From: Candidatus Rokuibacteriota bacterium
Lineage (GTDB): Bacteria; Methylomirabilota; Methylomirabilia; Rokubacteriales; CSP1-6
Length of the DNA: 64,000 bases
Direction of reading: 5' to 3'
NCBI GenBank assembly: GCA_016184305.1
Contig: JACPCX010000176.1
Span: 6,606-70,605 of the forward strand
Within the stretch, counting starts at the first letter, position 1; each line of letters begins with the position of its first letter. Of the stretch, positions 8,063 through 21,478 are shown one piece after another. A model generated the notes under the pieces. That model was not told the DNA's origin. It worked only from the letters and a program-made list of their open reading frames with translations, and did not search any database. A program made the position numbers and the translations under genes.

Positions 8063-9430
8063 ATGGCCGGCGAGCACATCCTCATCGTCGACGACGAGCG
8101 CGCCATCCAGACCACGCTGCGGGGCGTGCTCGAGGACGAGGGCTACCACGTCTCGGCGGTGGGCTCCGGGCAGGACGCCATCGGCCGGCTGGCGGAGGAG
8201 TCCCCTGATCTGATCTTCCTGGACATCTGGATGCCAGGCATGGATGGGCTCGATGCATTGGCCGAGATCATGCGACTCCGGCCCGAGGTCGCCGTGGTGA
8301 TGATCTCGGGCCACGCCACAATCGAGACGGCCGTCAAGGCCACCAAGCTGGGCGCCTACGACTTCATCGAGAAGCCGCTCTCGCTGGAGAAGACGCTGCT
8401 GGCCGCGGCCCGCGCGCTGGAGCACTCGCGGCTCGAGCGGGAGAACCGCGCGCTCCGCGAGCAGATCCAGCGCGGCCAGGAGATCGTCGGCAGGAGCCCG
8501 CTCATCGAGGAGCTGCGGCAGCAGATCGCCACCGCGGCGCCCACCAACGGGCGGGTGCTCGTCCACGGGGAGAACGGCTCGGGCAAGGAGCTGGTGGCCC
8601 GGGCCATCCACACACTCTCCACGAGGCGCGAGGGGCCGTTTGTCGAGGTGAACTGCGCCGCGATCCCCGAGGAGCTGATCGAGTCGGAGCTGTTCGGCCA
8701 CGAGCGGGGCGCCTTCACCGGCGCGGTGGCGCGCCACCGCGGGAAGTTCGAGGTCGCCGACGGCGGCACCCTCTTCCTCGACGAGATCGCAGACATGAGC
8801 CTCAAGACGCAGGCCAAGGTGCTGCGCGTCCTCGAGGAGCAGGCCTTCGAGCGGGTGGGCGGCAAGGACACCATCCGCGTGGACGTCCGCGTCCTCGCCG
8901 CGTCCAACCAGGACCTGAAGGAACAGATCGCCCAGGGGCGCTTCCGCGAGGACCTCTACTACCGGCTGAACGTCATCCCCATCGAGGTGCCGCCGCTGCG
9001 CCGGCGCAAGGAGGACATCCCCGCGCTGGTCGAGCACTTCATCCGGCTGTTCTCCGCCGAGAACGGCAAGCGCCCGAAGACCGTCTCGGTCGAGGCCCTC
9101 GCCTACTTCCTCTCGTACGACTGGCCGGGGAACGTGCGGGAGCTCCGGAACATGGTCGAGCGGCTCGTCATCATGGCGCCGCGGGACGTGATCGGCCCGG
9201 AGAACCTGCCGCCACCGCTGCGCCCCAAGGAGGCCCCCGCGGGAGCCGAGGAGGTCCAGCGGGAAAAGACCCTCAAGGAGGCCCGAGAGGCGTTCGAGCG
9301 CGCCTACATCCTGGCGGAGCTGCGCGCCCACGACAGCAACGTGACGCGCACCGCCGAGAAGCTCGGCGTCGAGCGCAGCCACCTGTACCGCAAGCTCAAG
9401 GGATACGGCATCACGCCATCCAAGGGCTGA
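8063..9430 (+). CDS. ntrX: Sigma-54-dependent response regulator (NtrX/NtrC family: REC, AAA+, Fis HTH)
   Basis: REC domain DLIFLDIWMPGMDG, Walker A GENGSGKE, intact GAFTGA (ERGAFTGA), C-terminal HTH NVTRTAEKLGVERSHLYRKLK. Confidence 0.9.
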   Translation: MAGEHILIVDDERAIQTTLRGVLEDEGYHVSAVGSGQDAIGRLAEESPDLIFLDIWMPGMDGLDALAEIMRLRPEVAVVMISGHATIETAVKATKLGAYDFIEKPLSLEKTLLAAARALEHSRLERENRALREQIQRGQEIVGRSPLIEELRQQIATAAPTNGRVLVHGENGSGKELVARAIHTLSTRREGPFVEVNCAAIPEELIESELFGHERGAFTGAVARHRGKFEVADGGTLFLDEIADMSLKTQAKVLRVLEEQAFERVGGKDTIRVDVRVLAASNQDLKEQIAQGRFREDLYYRLNVIPIEVPPLRRRKEDIPALVEHFIRLFSAENGKRPKTVSVEALAYFLSYDWPGNVRELRNMVERLVIMAPRDVIGPENLPPPLRPKEAPAGAEEVQREKTLKEAREAFERAYILAELRAHDSNVTRTAEKLGVERSHLYRKLKGYGITPSKG

Positions 9431-9443
9431 GCGCCTCGGCGGG

Positions 9444-11414
9444 TCACTGCCGCGGCTCGCCCTGGGGGGCGCGGCCGCCGGCCTCGGCTCGGAACGCGGC
9501 GATCTGCTCGGGCAGCCCGAAGATGCGCATCCGGTCGCCGGCGCGGACGATGGTGTCCGGGTCGGGGTTGAGGAGGACCTCCCCGCCGGCGCGGGTCACG
9601 GCCACCACCGTGACGCCGAGCCGCTCCCGGATCCGCGCCTCACGAAGCGACTGGTCGGCCAGCACGCCCTGGCCCACCGCCAGGTCCTCCACCTGAGGCA
9701 GGAGGTCCATCGCGTCCCGGCGCACCCCTTCGCCCATCTCCATGGCGCTGCGGAAGCGCTCAAGGTAGGCGAGCACCCGGTCCTGGGGCAGCGCCAGCCG
9801 GCGCAGGGCGTGCCGGATGAGGGTCGCGGCCGCTTCCAGTTCTGGCTGGATGACCTCCGTCGCGCCGGCGCGGGCCAGCGCCTCCATTCCCGACGCGTGA
9901 TGGGCCCGGACCAGGACGGGCGCCGCCGGGTTCATGGCGCGCACGTAGCGGACCACGAGGTGGGCGCGGTCGATCTCGGGCAGCGCCACCACCACGAGGG
10001 CGGCCTGCGCGGCGCCCGCGCGCTCGAGGGTGCGCCGATTGGCGGCATCCCCGAACAGGCATGGCACGCGCCGGGCCCGGAGCCCCTGGACGATGTCCGG
10101 GTCGAGCTCGATGACGAGGAAGCGGATGGCGAAGGTCTCGAGCGCCTCGCCGATGGCGCTTCCCACCCGACCGAACCCGCAGAGGATCACGGGCTCAGCC
10201 GGTTCGTGGCCCTCCGGGGGGAGCGCCCACAGGGCCCCGCGGCGCGGGGCGCGCGGCGCGCCGAGCCAGACCGGGATCCAGCGGAACAGCGCAGCGTTGA
10301 CGAGCAGCGTGATCAGCGAGGCGGCCAGGATGGCGTTGTACACGTCGGCCGTCACGTGCCCCGCGCTCCGCGCCGCCTGGATCATCACGAACGAGAACTC
10401 GCCGATCTGGGCGAGCCCGACCCCCACCACCACCGCGGTGCGGAGCGGCTGGCCGAACAGCCATACCACGAGCGTCCGCACCACGAACTTGCCGGGCACG
10501 ATCAGGAGCACCATGACCCCGAGCAGGGGCAGGTTGGCCAGGATCGCGCGGGGGTCGATGAGCGCTCCCACCGTCACGAAGAAGAGGGCGCCGAACGTGT
10601 CGCGGAGGGGCAGGAGGCGAGCGAGGGTCTCGTGGGCGTAATCGGACTCGCTGATCATCAGACCGGCGAGGAAGGCCCCGAGTGCCAGCGACAGCCCGAC
10701 GGCCTGGGTCAGCGCCGCCATGCCGAGGCCGATGGCCAGCCCCACGAGCAGGAACAGCTCCTGGTTGTGCATCCGCGCCACCCGGGTCATGACGGGCGGG
10801 ACGACCTTCCAGACCAGCACGGTGAACGGCACGAGCACCAGCGCCGCTTTCCCGAGCGCCGCCCCGATCGTCACCAGGCGTCCCGGCTCCAGCGCTCCCA
10901 GCGCCGGGATCAGGACGATCAGGACGACAACGGCCAGGTCCTCGACGAGGAGGGTCCCCATCATGATCCGTCCGTGACGCGAGTGCATCTCGCCCCGGTC
11001 CAGGAGCAGCCGCACCAGCACCATGGTGCTGGCGACCGAGATGACGATGCCGACCACCGCGCCCTGCAAGGCGGTCCAGCCCAGGAGGGCGCCGGCGCCG
11101 ACGCCGAGCCCGACGCAGAGCACGAGGCCCACCGGCCCGCCGAGGAGCGCCACCCACCGCACGCGCAGGAGGTCCTTGAGGGAGAACTCGATGCCGACGG
11201 AGAACAGGAGGAGCACGACGCCGATCTCGGCGAAGAAATCGAAGGTGTGCACGTCGGTCACGGACGGCCCGGGGGTGAGCGGGCTGACCAGGATGCCGCC
11301 GAGGATGTAGCCCAGGATCAGGGGCTGGCGCGCCCACCAGGCGAGGGCGCCCCCCACCACCGCGGCGGCGATGATGAAGGCGAGGTCCCTGAAGACGGCA
11401 GGGTCGGTGGTCAT
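9444..11414 (-). CDS. CPA2-family monovalent cation/H+ antiporter (Kef-type) with RCK/TrkA-N and TrkA-C domains
   Basis: 656 aa. It has 12-13 hydrophobic segments, then VILCGFGRVGSAIGEAL (Rossmann GxGxxG) and a C-terminal TrkA-C-like segment. Confidence 0.85.
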   Translation of the reverse strand: MTTDPAVFRDLAFIIAAAVVGGALAWWARQPLILGYILGGILVSPLTPGPSVTDVHTFDFFAEIGVVLLLFSVGIEFSLKDLLRVRWVALLGGPVGLVLCVGLGVGAGALLGWTALQGAVVGIVISVASTMVLVRLLLDRGEMHSRHGRIMMGTLLVEDLAVVVLIVLIPALGALEPGRLVTIGAALGKAALVLVPFTVLVWKVVPPVMTRVARMHNQELFLLVGLAIGLGMAALTQAVGLSLALGAFLAGLMISESDYAHETLARLLPLRDTFGALFFVTVGALIDPRAILANLPLLGVMVLLIVPGKFVVRTLVVWLFGQPLRTAVVVGVGLAQIGEFSFVMIQAARSAGHVTADVYNAILAASLITLLVNAALFRWIPVWLGAPRAPRRGALWALPPEGHEPAEPVILCGFGRVGSAIGEALETFAIRFLVIELDPDIVQGLRARRVPCLFGDAANRRTLERAGAAQAALVVVALPEIDRAHLVVRYVRAMNPAAPVLVRAHHASGMEALARAGATEVIQPELEAAATLIRHALRRLALPQDRVLAYLERFRSAMEMGEGVRRDAMDLLPQVEDLAVGQGVLADQSLREARIRERLGVTVVAVTRAGGEVLLNPDPDTIVRAGDRMRIFGLPEQIAAFRAEAGGRAPQGEPRQ

Positions 11415-11550
11415 CGGTTTTCCGAGTGTACCGGAGTCGCGGGACGAAGCCTCGAGGAACCCCGGGGCCCCGCGGCCGCCACGATCCCCACGTTCGTGGC
11501 CAGGCGCCTGCGCATCTCCATGCCGCGGGATTAGGGCGTCCGCCGTGGCC

Positions 11551-11579
11551 TTGACACGGTGGGGGTCCGAGGGTAGGGT
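11551..11579 (+). promoter_or_regulatory. Sigma-70-type promoter candidate for the pyr operon (TTGACA-17 nt-TAGGGT)
   Basis: -35 at 11551-11556 and -10 at 11574-11579 with a 17-nt spacer. Confidence 0.5.
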
Positions 11580-11581
11580 GA

Positions 11582-12262
<681 letters not shown>

Positions 12263-12264
12263 TA

Positions 12265-12472
12265 GGTTGCTGAAAAACTCGCAGGCTGCTCAAAAAGGTC
12301 CAGATGCGAGGCGGCGCCCGACGGCCGTACGCGAGGCGTACTCCGCTCGGCGAGCCGAGCCGGAGGCGAGGTGAGCGGATCCGGAGATCCGGGCGAGGGT
12401 GAGCGAGCCACGTTGAGCGTGCGGCCGAGGGCGCCAACGAAGCAGATGGGCCTTTTTCAGCAGCCTGCTAGG
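12265..12472. repeat. ~208-nt inverted-repeat, multi-hairpin element (MITE/REP-like or structured RNA) in the pyrR-pyrB spacer
   Basis: ~40-nt imperfect terminal inverted repeats (GCAGGCTGCTCAAAAAGGTCCAGATGC... versus the reverse complement of ...GCAGATGGGCCTTTTTCAGCAGCCTGC). Internal hairpins are GTACGC-GAG-GCGTAC, GCTCGG-CGAG-CCGAGC and GGATC-CGGA-GATCC. The first 29 nt recur at 30461-30489. Confidence 0.7.
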
Positions 12473-12496
12473 CGCGCGGGCCAGAGGAGCCGAGGC

Positions 12497-13423
12497 ATGG
12501 GCTGGAAGCGGAAAGACCTCCTGAGCTTGCAGGACCTCGAGGCCGCGGAGATCCGGGACGTGCTGGACACGGCCGGCTCCATGAAGGAGATCGCCACCCG
12601 CGAGATCAAGAAGGTGCCGACCCTCCGGGGCAAGACGGTGGTGAACCTCTTCTTCGAGGCCTCGACGCGCACGCGCACCTCGTTCGAGATCGCGGGCAAG
12701 TGGCTCTCGGCCGACGTCGTCAACTTCTCGGCCTCCGGCTCCAGCGCCGAGAAGGGGGAGAGCCTGCTCGACACCGCGAAGAACATCGAGGCCATGAGCC
12801 CGGACGTGGTCGTGGTCCGCCACAAGGCCTCGGGGGGGCCCGCGCTCCTCGCCCGGCATCTGCGCTGCGCCGTGGTGAACGCCGGTGACGGCGCCCACGA
12901 GCACCCCACGCAGGGACTGCTCGATCTCCTGACGATCCGGGAGAAGAAGGGGCATCTCGAGGGCCTCAGCGTCGCCATCGTCGGGGACATCACCCACAGC
13001 CGGGTGGCGCGCTCGGACATCCACGGGATGAAGAAGATGGGCATCACCGTGACGGTGGCGGGGCCGCCCACGCTCATCCCGCCCGCGTGCCAGGAGCTCG
13101 GCGTCAAGGTGAGTCACCGGCTGGAGGAGGCCATCGCGCATGCCGACGTCATCGTGATGCTGCGGCTCCAGCACGAGCGGATGGAGAGTGGTCTCATCCC
13201 CTCGCTCCGGGAGTACTCGCGCGTCTGGGGGCTGTCGCTCGACAGGCTCAAGCACTGCCGGCCGGACGTGCTCATCATGCACCCGGGACCGGTGAACCGC
13301 GGCGTCGAGCTGTCCCCGGAGGTGGCCGACAGCCGGTACTCGGTGATCCTGGACCAGGTGACCAACGGCGTGGCGGTGCGCATGGCCGTCCTCTACCTGC
13401 TGGCGGGGAGTCAGCCAGCATGA
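12497..13423 (+). CDS. pyrB: Aspartate carbamoyltransferase catalytic subunit PyrB
   Basis: The start was refined to ATG 12497 ([14 protein letters not shown]), behind GGAGCCGAGG. Motifs [13 protein letters not shown] and HPTQGLLD are present. Confidence 0.9.
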   Translation: MGWKRKDLLSLQDLEAAEIRDVLDTAGSMKEIATREIKKVPTLRGKTVVNLFFEASTRTRTSFEIAGKWLSADVVNFSASGSSAEKGESLLDTAKNIEAMSPDVVVVRHKASGGPALLARHLRCAVVNAGDGAHEHPTQGLLDLLTIREKKGHLEGLSVAIVGDITHSRVARSDIHGMKKMGITVTVAGPPTLIPPACQELGVKVSHRLEEAIAHADVIVMLRLQHERMESGLIPSLREYSRVWGLSLDRLKHCRPDVLIMHPGPVNRGVELSPEVADSRYSVILDQVTNGVAVRMAVLYLLAGSQPA

Positions 13424-14694
13424 GCCTCCTCATCAGGCAGGGGCGGGTCGTGGATCCCGCCAGCGGCATCGACGGCGTCCAGGACGTCCTGGTGGTCGAC
13501 GGGCGCATCGGGAAGGTGGGCCCAGGGCTCCGGGCCCCGCAGGGGACGCAGGTCATCGACGCGGCGGGCAAGGTCGTCTGCCCCGGCTTCATCGACATCC
13601 ACGTCCACCTGCGCGAGCCGGGCTTCGAGTACAAGGAGACAGTGGCCAGCGGCACGCGCGCGGCGGCGGCCGGCGGTTTCACCGCCGTCGCCTGCATGGC
13701 CAACACCGTCCCCGTCAATGACAATCGCGCGGTCACCGACTACATCCTCGCCAAGGCCCGCGTGGAAGGCGTCGTGCGTGTCTACGCCATCGGCGCCGTC
13801 ACGCGGGGGCTTCGGGGCGAGCATCTCTCCGAGATGGCGGAGCAGGCGGAGGCCGGCTGCGTGGCCTTCTCCGACGACGGCAGGTGCGTGATGAACGCCG
13901 CCCTCTACCGGCGGGCCATGGAGTACGCGCTCCCCTTCGGGACGCCGCTCATCAGCCACGCCGAGGACTGCCACCTGGCGCATGGCGGCGTCATGCACGA
14001 GGGGTTCGTCTCCACGGACCTCGGCCTGACGGGGCAGCCCGCCGCGGCGGAGGACGTGATGGTGGCGCGGGACATCGTGCTGGCCGAGCTGACCGGCGCG
14101 CACGTGCACATCGCGCACCTCTCCACGGCCGGGGCCGCGCGCCTGGTGCGCGACGGCAAGGCCCGCGGCGTCCGGGTGACCGCCGAGGTGACGCCGCATC
14201 ACCTCCTGCTCACCGACGAGGCGGTGCGCGACTACGATCCCAACACCAAGATGCAGCCGCCGCTGCGCTCCACGCGGGACGTGGAGGCGGTGCTCGAGGG
14301 GCTCCTGGACGGGACCATCGACTGCGTCGCCACCGACCACGCCCCGCATGCCCTGTCCGAGAAGGAGGGCGAGTTCGCGGAGGCCGCCAGCGGCGTCGTG
14401 GGGCTCGAGACGGCTGTCCCGCTCCTGCTCGACCGGCTCGTGCGGCCGGGGCGCCTCGACCTCTCCACCTTCGTGGCGCGCATGTCCTCTGGCCCCGCCC
14501 GCGTCCTCGGCCTGCCGGGCGGGAGCCTCGCGCCCGGAGCCGCCGCGGACATCACCATCCTGGACCTCGAGCGGCCCTTCACCGTGGACCCGGCCGCGTT
14601 CCACTCGCGCAGCCGCAACACCCCCTTCCGGGGTGTCACGGGCACCGGCGCCCCGATCATGACCATCGTCGGCGGCACCGTGGTGACGCCATGA
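13420..14694 (+). CDS. pyrC: Dihydroorotase PyrC (class I)
   Basis: ATGA overlap with the pyrB stop. [13 protein letters not shown]...[14 protein letters not shown]...ATDHAPH. Confidence 0.9.
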   Translation: MSLLIRQGRVVDPASGIDGVQDVLVVDGRIGKVGPGLRAPQGTQVIDAAGKVVCPGFIDIHVHLREPGFEYKETVASGTRAAAAGGFTAVACMANTVPVNDNRAVTDYILAKARVEGVVRVYAIGAVTRGLRGEHLSEMAEQAEAGCVAFSDDGRCVMNAALYRRAMEYALPFGTPLISHAEDCHLAHGGVMHEGFVSTDLGLTGQPAAAEDVMVARDIVLAELTGAHVHIAHLSTAGAARLVRDGKARGVRVTAEVTPHHLLLTDEAVRDYDPNTKMQPPLRSTRDVEAVLEGLLDGTIDCVATDHAPHALSEKEGEFAEAASGVVGLETAVPLLLDRLVRPGRLDLSTFVARMSSGPARVLGLPGGSLAPGAAADITILDLERPFTVDPAAFHSRSRNTPFRGVTGTGAPIMTIVGGTVVTP

Positions 14695-15818
14695 CACAGG
14701 CGCTGCTGGCGCTGGCCGACGGACGGGTCTTCCGGGGCGAGCCTTGCGGGGCCACCGGTGAAGCTCCGGGAGAAGTCGTCTTCAACACCGCCATGACGGG
14801 CTACCAGGAGATCATGACCGATCCCTCCTACCGGGGGCAGCTCGTCTGCATGACCTACCCGCTCATCGGCAACTACGGCATCAATCCAGAGGATATGGAG
14901 TCGAGTCGGCCCTGGCTCAGCGGCTTCATCGTCAAGGAAGCGTGCCCCTACCCGTCCTCCTGGCGCCGGCGGACCTCGCTCGACGCGTACATGAAGGAAC
15001 ACGGGATCGTCGGCATCCAGGGCATCGACACGCGCGCGCTGACGCGCCATCTCCGCGACCAGGGTGCCCAGGCGGGCATCATCTCGTCGGTGGAAGGCGA
15101 CGTGGCGCGGCTGGTGGAGCGGGTGCGAGCCGTCCCGAGCCTGGTGGGCCGTGACCTGGTGCGGGAGGTGACGGCGGAGGCGACCTACGGGTGGGCCGAG
15201 GGCACGTGGGATCTCCGCCGCGGCTACACCGAGCCGGCGGCGCCGCGGTTCCGGGTGGTCGCCTTCGACGCGGGGATCAAGCGGAACATCCTGCGCCGCC
15301 TCGCCTCGCTGGGCTGCGCGCTCCAGGTGCTGCCGGCCGGCACCCCCGCCGAGGCGATCCTCGAGATGAAGCCCCACGGGATCTTCCTCTCCAACGGCCC
15401 GGGCGATCCGGAGCCCGTGGAGTACCTGATCCGGACCGTGCGGGCCCTCGTCGGCCGGGTGCCGATCTTCGGCATCTGCCTCGGCCACCAGATCCTGGGA
15501 CTCGCTCTCGGCGGGACGACGTACAAGCTCAAGTTCGGCCACCATGGCGCCAACCACCCGGTGAAGAACCTCCTGACCGGCGGCGTGGAGATCACGGCGC
15601 AGAACCACGGCTTCGCCGTGGACCCGGGCTCGCTGGAGCGGGTCGGGGTCGAGCCGACACACGTGAGCCTCAACGACGGCACCTGCGAGGGGATGCGGCA
15701 CCGGGAGCTTCCGGTCTTCTCCGTGCAGTACCACCCCGAGGCCTCTCCCGGCCCGCACGATGCGGACTACCTGTTCCAGGCCTTCATCGCCCTGATGGAA
15801 GGCGAGAAAGGAGGGTGA
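14691..15818 (+). CDS. carA: Carbamoyl-phosphate synthase small (glutaminase) subunit CarA
   Basis: ATGA overlap with the pyrC stop. [20 protein letters not shown]...GICLGHQ...HHGANHPV...[12 protein letters not shown]. Confidence 0.9.
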   Translation: MTQALLALADGRVFRGEPCGATGEAPGEVVFNTAMTGYQEIMTDPSYRGQLVCMTYPLIGNYGINPEDMESSRPWLSGFIVKEACPYPSSWRRRTSLDAYMKEHGIVGIQGIDTRALTRHLRDQGAQAGIISSVEGDVARLVERVRAVPSLVGRDLVREVTAEATYGWAEGTWDLRRGYTEPAAPRFRVVAFDAGIKRNILRRLASLGCALQVLPAGTPAEAILEMKPHGIFLSNGPGDPEPVEYLIRTVRALVGRVPIFGICLGHQILGLALGGTTYKLKFGHHGANHPVKNLLTGGVEITAQNHGFAVDPGSLERVGVEPTHVSLNDGTCEGMRHRELPVFSVQYHPEASPGPHDADYLFQAFIALMEGEKGG

Positions 15819-15825
15819 CCTCTCC

Positions 15826-16092
15826 ATGTCGAAGTACCTGATCTCGTACCGCAAGACCGAGGAAGTCGGTCAGAAGCCCGAGTGGGCCAGCTTCACCACC
15901 GAGAGCGAGCTGGCGCTCGAGGCGCACGCCGTCAAGGAACGCGTCGAGAAGCGCATGAGCGTGCTCGGCGAGAAGCTCTGGGGCAAGGGGGACGTCGTGT
16001 GGGTCGGCTCGGGCCGCCTGGACGACGTGCTCTACAAGCGGGAAGAGGCCGCCCCGGAGGCGTCGATAATCTATGGGCTCGTCGCGGAGTAG
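15826..16092 (+). CDS. Hypothetical 88-aa protein inserted between carA and carB
   Basis: ATG sits 8 nt after the carA stop and is preceded by AAAGGAGGG. I recognise no family. It is slightly acidic and has no TM segment. Confidence 0.5.
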   Translation: MSKYLISYRKTEEVGQKPEWASFTTESELALEAHAVKERVEKRMSVLGEKLWGKGDVVWVGSGRLDDVLYKREEAAPEASIIYGLVAE

Positions 16093-16144
16093 ACGGCGCG
16101 CCCGCGCACCGCTCGCGGTGCACCTTACATCGAAGGGAGCCGAG

Positions 16145-16312
16145 ATGCTCGTGAAGGCGGAGGCGTACTACGATGGCAAGTTCTGGTGCGCCCGCGGCAT
16201 CGGTGCCGACTTCTTTACCCAGGGCAGGACGCTGGACGAGCTCCTGCGCAATGCGAAAGAAGCGGCTGGACTGCATTTCGCCGGCTCGCGGCCGCCAACG
16301 CCGAACTGGTGA
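16145..16312 (+). CDS. Short HicB-like (UPF0150/DUF1902-type) antitoxin-fold protein, 55 aa, with no DNA-binding domain
   Basis: [45 protein letters not shown] matches the HicB N-terminal pattern (..W.A....PG..TQG.TLEEA..N..EA..LHLE). SD GGGAG precedes the ATG at 16145. Confidence 0.5.
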   Translation: MLVKAEAYYDGKFWCARGIGADFFTQGRTLDELLRNAKEAAGLHFAGSRPPTPNW

Positions 16313-16334
16313 AGGAGCTCGGCGGGTAGCGGCC

Positions 16335-19533
<3,199 letters not shown>

Positions 19534-19547
<14 letters not shown>

Positions 19548-20256
19548 CCCCCGGGACCGGCTCATCGTGGCCCTCGACGTGGACACGCTCAGTGCCGCCG
19601 AGGTCCTCATGGACCGGCTGGATGGGCTCGTGAGGCGATTCAAGATCGGCTCGCAGCTCTTCACCGCCTGCGGTCCGGCGGCGGTGGAGGCCGTCCACAC
19701 GCGCGGCGCCGAGGTCTTCCTCGACCTCAAGTTCCACGACATCCCGCACACGGCGGCGGGGGCGGCGCGGGAAGCGGCGCGCATGGGTGTCTTCATGTTC
19801 ACCGTCCACGCCGCGGGAGGCCGCACCATGATGGCGGCGGCGTCCGAGGCCGCGGCGGCGGCACCGTCGCCCGGGGCGCGGCGCCCCCTCGTGATCGCGG
19901 TGACGGTGCTCACGAGCCTGGACCGGCCGGCGCTGCACCGGGAGGTCGGGGTGCCCTCCTCGGTGCAGGGGCATGTGCTCCACCTGGCCGGGCTCGCCCG
20001 CGCGGCGGGGCTCGACGGCTGCGTCGCCTCGCCCAACGAGATCGCCCCGCTCCGGAACCAGCTCGGCGACGCCTGGGTGATCGTGACGCCCGGGGTGCGC
20101 CCGGCGGGCAGCGCCCTCGACGACCAGTCCCGCGTGGCCACTGCCGCGGCGGCCGCGCGGGCGGGCGCCGACTACCTGGTCGTGGGACGGCCGATCACCG
20201 CCGCGTCCGATCCCGCCGCCGCCGCCCGCGCCATCCTGGAAGAGATCCGCGCGTGA
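19534..20256 (+). CDS. pyrF: Orotidine 5'-phosphate decarboxylase PyrF
   Basis: RLIVALDV...FKIG...[12 protein letters not shown]...VVGRPI. 14-nt overlap with carB. Confidence 0.85.
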
Positions 20257-20867
20257 CCACACCCCCCGACCACGGCGCGCTGATCCGGCGGCTCTTCGAG
20301 ATCGGCGCGCTGCGGTTCGGCGAGTTCACGCTCAAGTCCGGGATCACGTCGCCCTTCTACATCGACCTCCGCGTCGTGATTTCGCACCCGGACGTGCTCG
20401 CGCGGATCGGCGCCCTCATGGCGCGGGCGGTGTCGCGCTGCCGCGCCGACCGCATCGCCGGCATCCCCTATGCCGGGCTGCCGCTCGCCGTGGCCACGAG
20501 CCTGGCCGGCAACCTCCCGCTGATCTACCCTCGGCGGGAGGAGAAGGCCTACGGCACGAAGAAGCGGATCGAGGGGCTCTACACGCCCGGCGAGCAGGTC
20601 GTCGTCATCGACGACATCATCACCGACGGGGCGAGCAAGTTCGAGGCGATCCAGCCGCTGGAGGAGGCGGGCCTCGTGGTCAAGGACCTCGTGATCCTCA
20701 TCGACCGCGAGCAAGGCGGGCGCGAGCGGCTGGCCGCCAAGGGGTACACGCTCCACGCGGTGCTCACGATCTCGCAGTGCCTGGACGAGCTGGAGCGCGC
20801 GGGCCTCGTCCCGGCCGGGCTCGCCGGGACGGCCCGAGCGTTCGTCCGGGCCACCCGGTTCGCCTGA
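20253..20867 (+). CDS. pyrE: Orotate phosphoribosyltransferase PyrE
   Basis: [23 protein letters not shown]...[18 protein letters not shown] overlap with pyrF. Confidence 0.9.
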   Translation: MTTPPDHGALIRRLFEIGALRFGEFTLKSGITSPFYIDLRVVISHPDVLARIGALMARAVSRCRADRIAGIPYAGLPLAVATSLAGNLPLIYPRREEKAYGTKKRIEGLYTPGEQVVVIDDIITDGASKFEAIQPLEEAGLVVKDLVILIDREQGGRERLAAKGYTLHAVLTISQCLDELERAGLVPAGLAGTARAFVRATRFA

Positions 20868-21397
20868 TGCTCCGCGCGCCGGAGGGCGTCGGGGAGATCC
20901 TGGTGGACGAGGCCACGATCCGCGCCGAGGTGGCCCGCCTGGGCGCGCAGATCTCCGCGGACTACGCCGGCCGCCCGCCCCACCTGATCGGCGTCCTCAA
21001 GGGGGCCGCCGTCTTCATCGCCGACCTCGCGCGCGCGCTCACGGTGCCCGCCACCCTGGACTTCATCTCGATCGTCCCCTACGGCCAGGAGGTGACCTCG
21101 TCGGGCGTGGTCCGCATCCGCAAGGACCTGGACGATCCCATCGAGGGGAAGGACGTCATCGTGGTCGAGGGCATCTGCGCCAGCGGGCTCTCCCTCTCCT
21201 ACCTCCTGCGCAACTTCGAGACACGGCACCCCGCCTCGCTCCGGGTCTGCGCCTTCGTCGCCAGGCAGCGCCCGCGCCCCGACGACGTGGTCCTGCACTA
21301 CGTCGGACGCGAGATCCCCGACACCTTTGTGGTCGGCTACGGCCTCGACTCCCAGGAGCGCTACCGCCACCTGCCCTATATCGCCCGCCTCGCCTGA
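20867..21397 (+). CDS. hpt: Hypoxanthine(-guanine) phosphoribosyltransferase
   Basis: The start was refined to ATG 20867 (TGATG with the pyrE stop). GVLKGAAVFIADL...VIVVEGICASGLSL...VGYGLD. Confidence 0.85.
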   Translation: MLRAPEGVGEILVDEATIRAEVARLGAQISADYAGRPPHLIGVLKGAAVFIADLARALTVPATLDFISIVPYGQEVTSSGVVRIRKDLDDPIEGKDVIVVEGICASGLSLSYLLRNFETRHPASLRVCAFVARQRPRPDDVVLHYVGREIPDTFVVGYGLDSQERYRHLPYIARLA

Positions 21398-21478
21398 AGG
21401 GCGGGGCCCTTCAGCGCTTCTGGTACTCCGGGCGCCAGCGCAGGAGCCGGCTCTCCACCTGCTTGATCCCCAGCGCCA

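Noticed and set aside
12371-12496. In-frame N-terminal extension of PyrB across the repeat element (track start 12371)
   Set aside because: The PyrB homology begins at [14 protein letters not shown] (ATG 12497, with an SD upstream). The extension is just the repeat element translated.
16073-16144. Upstream extension of the HicB-like ORF (track start 16073), overlapping the 88-aa ORF
   Set aside because: The extension is Arg-rich and non-homologous. ATG 16145 has a proper SD (GGGAG) and matches the HicB-fold N-terminus.
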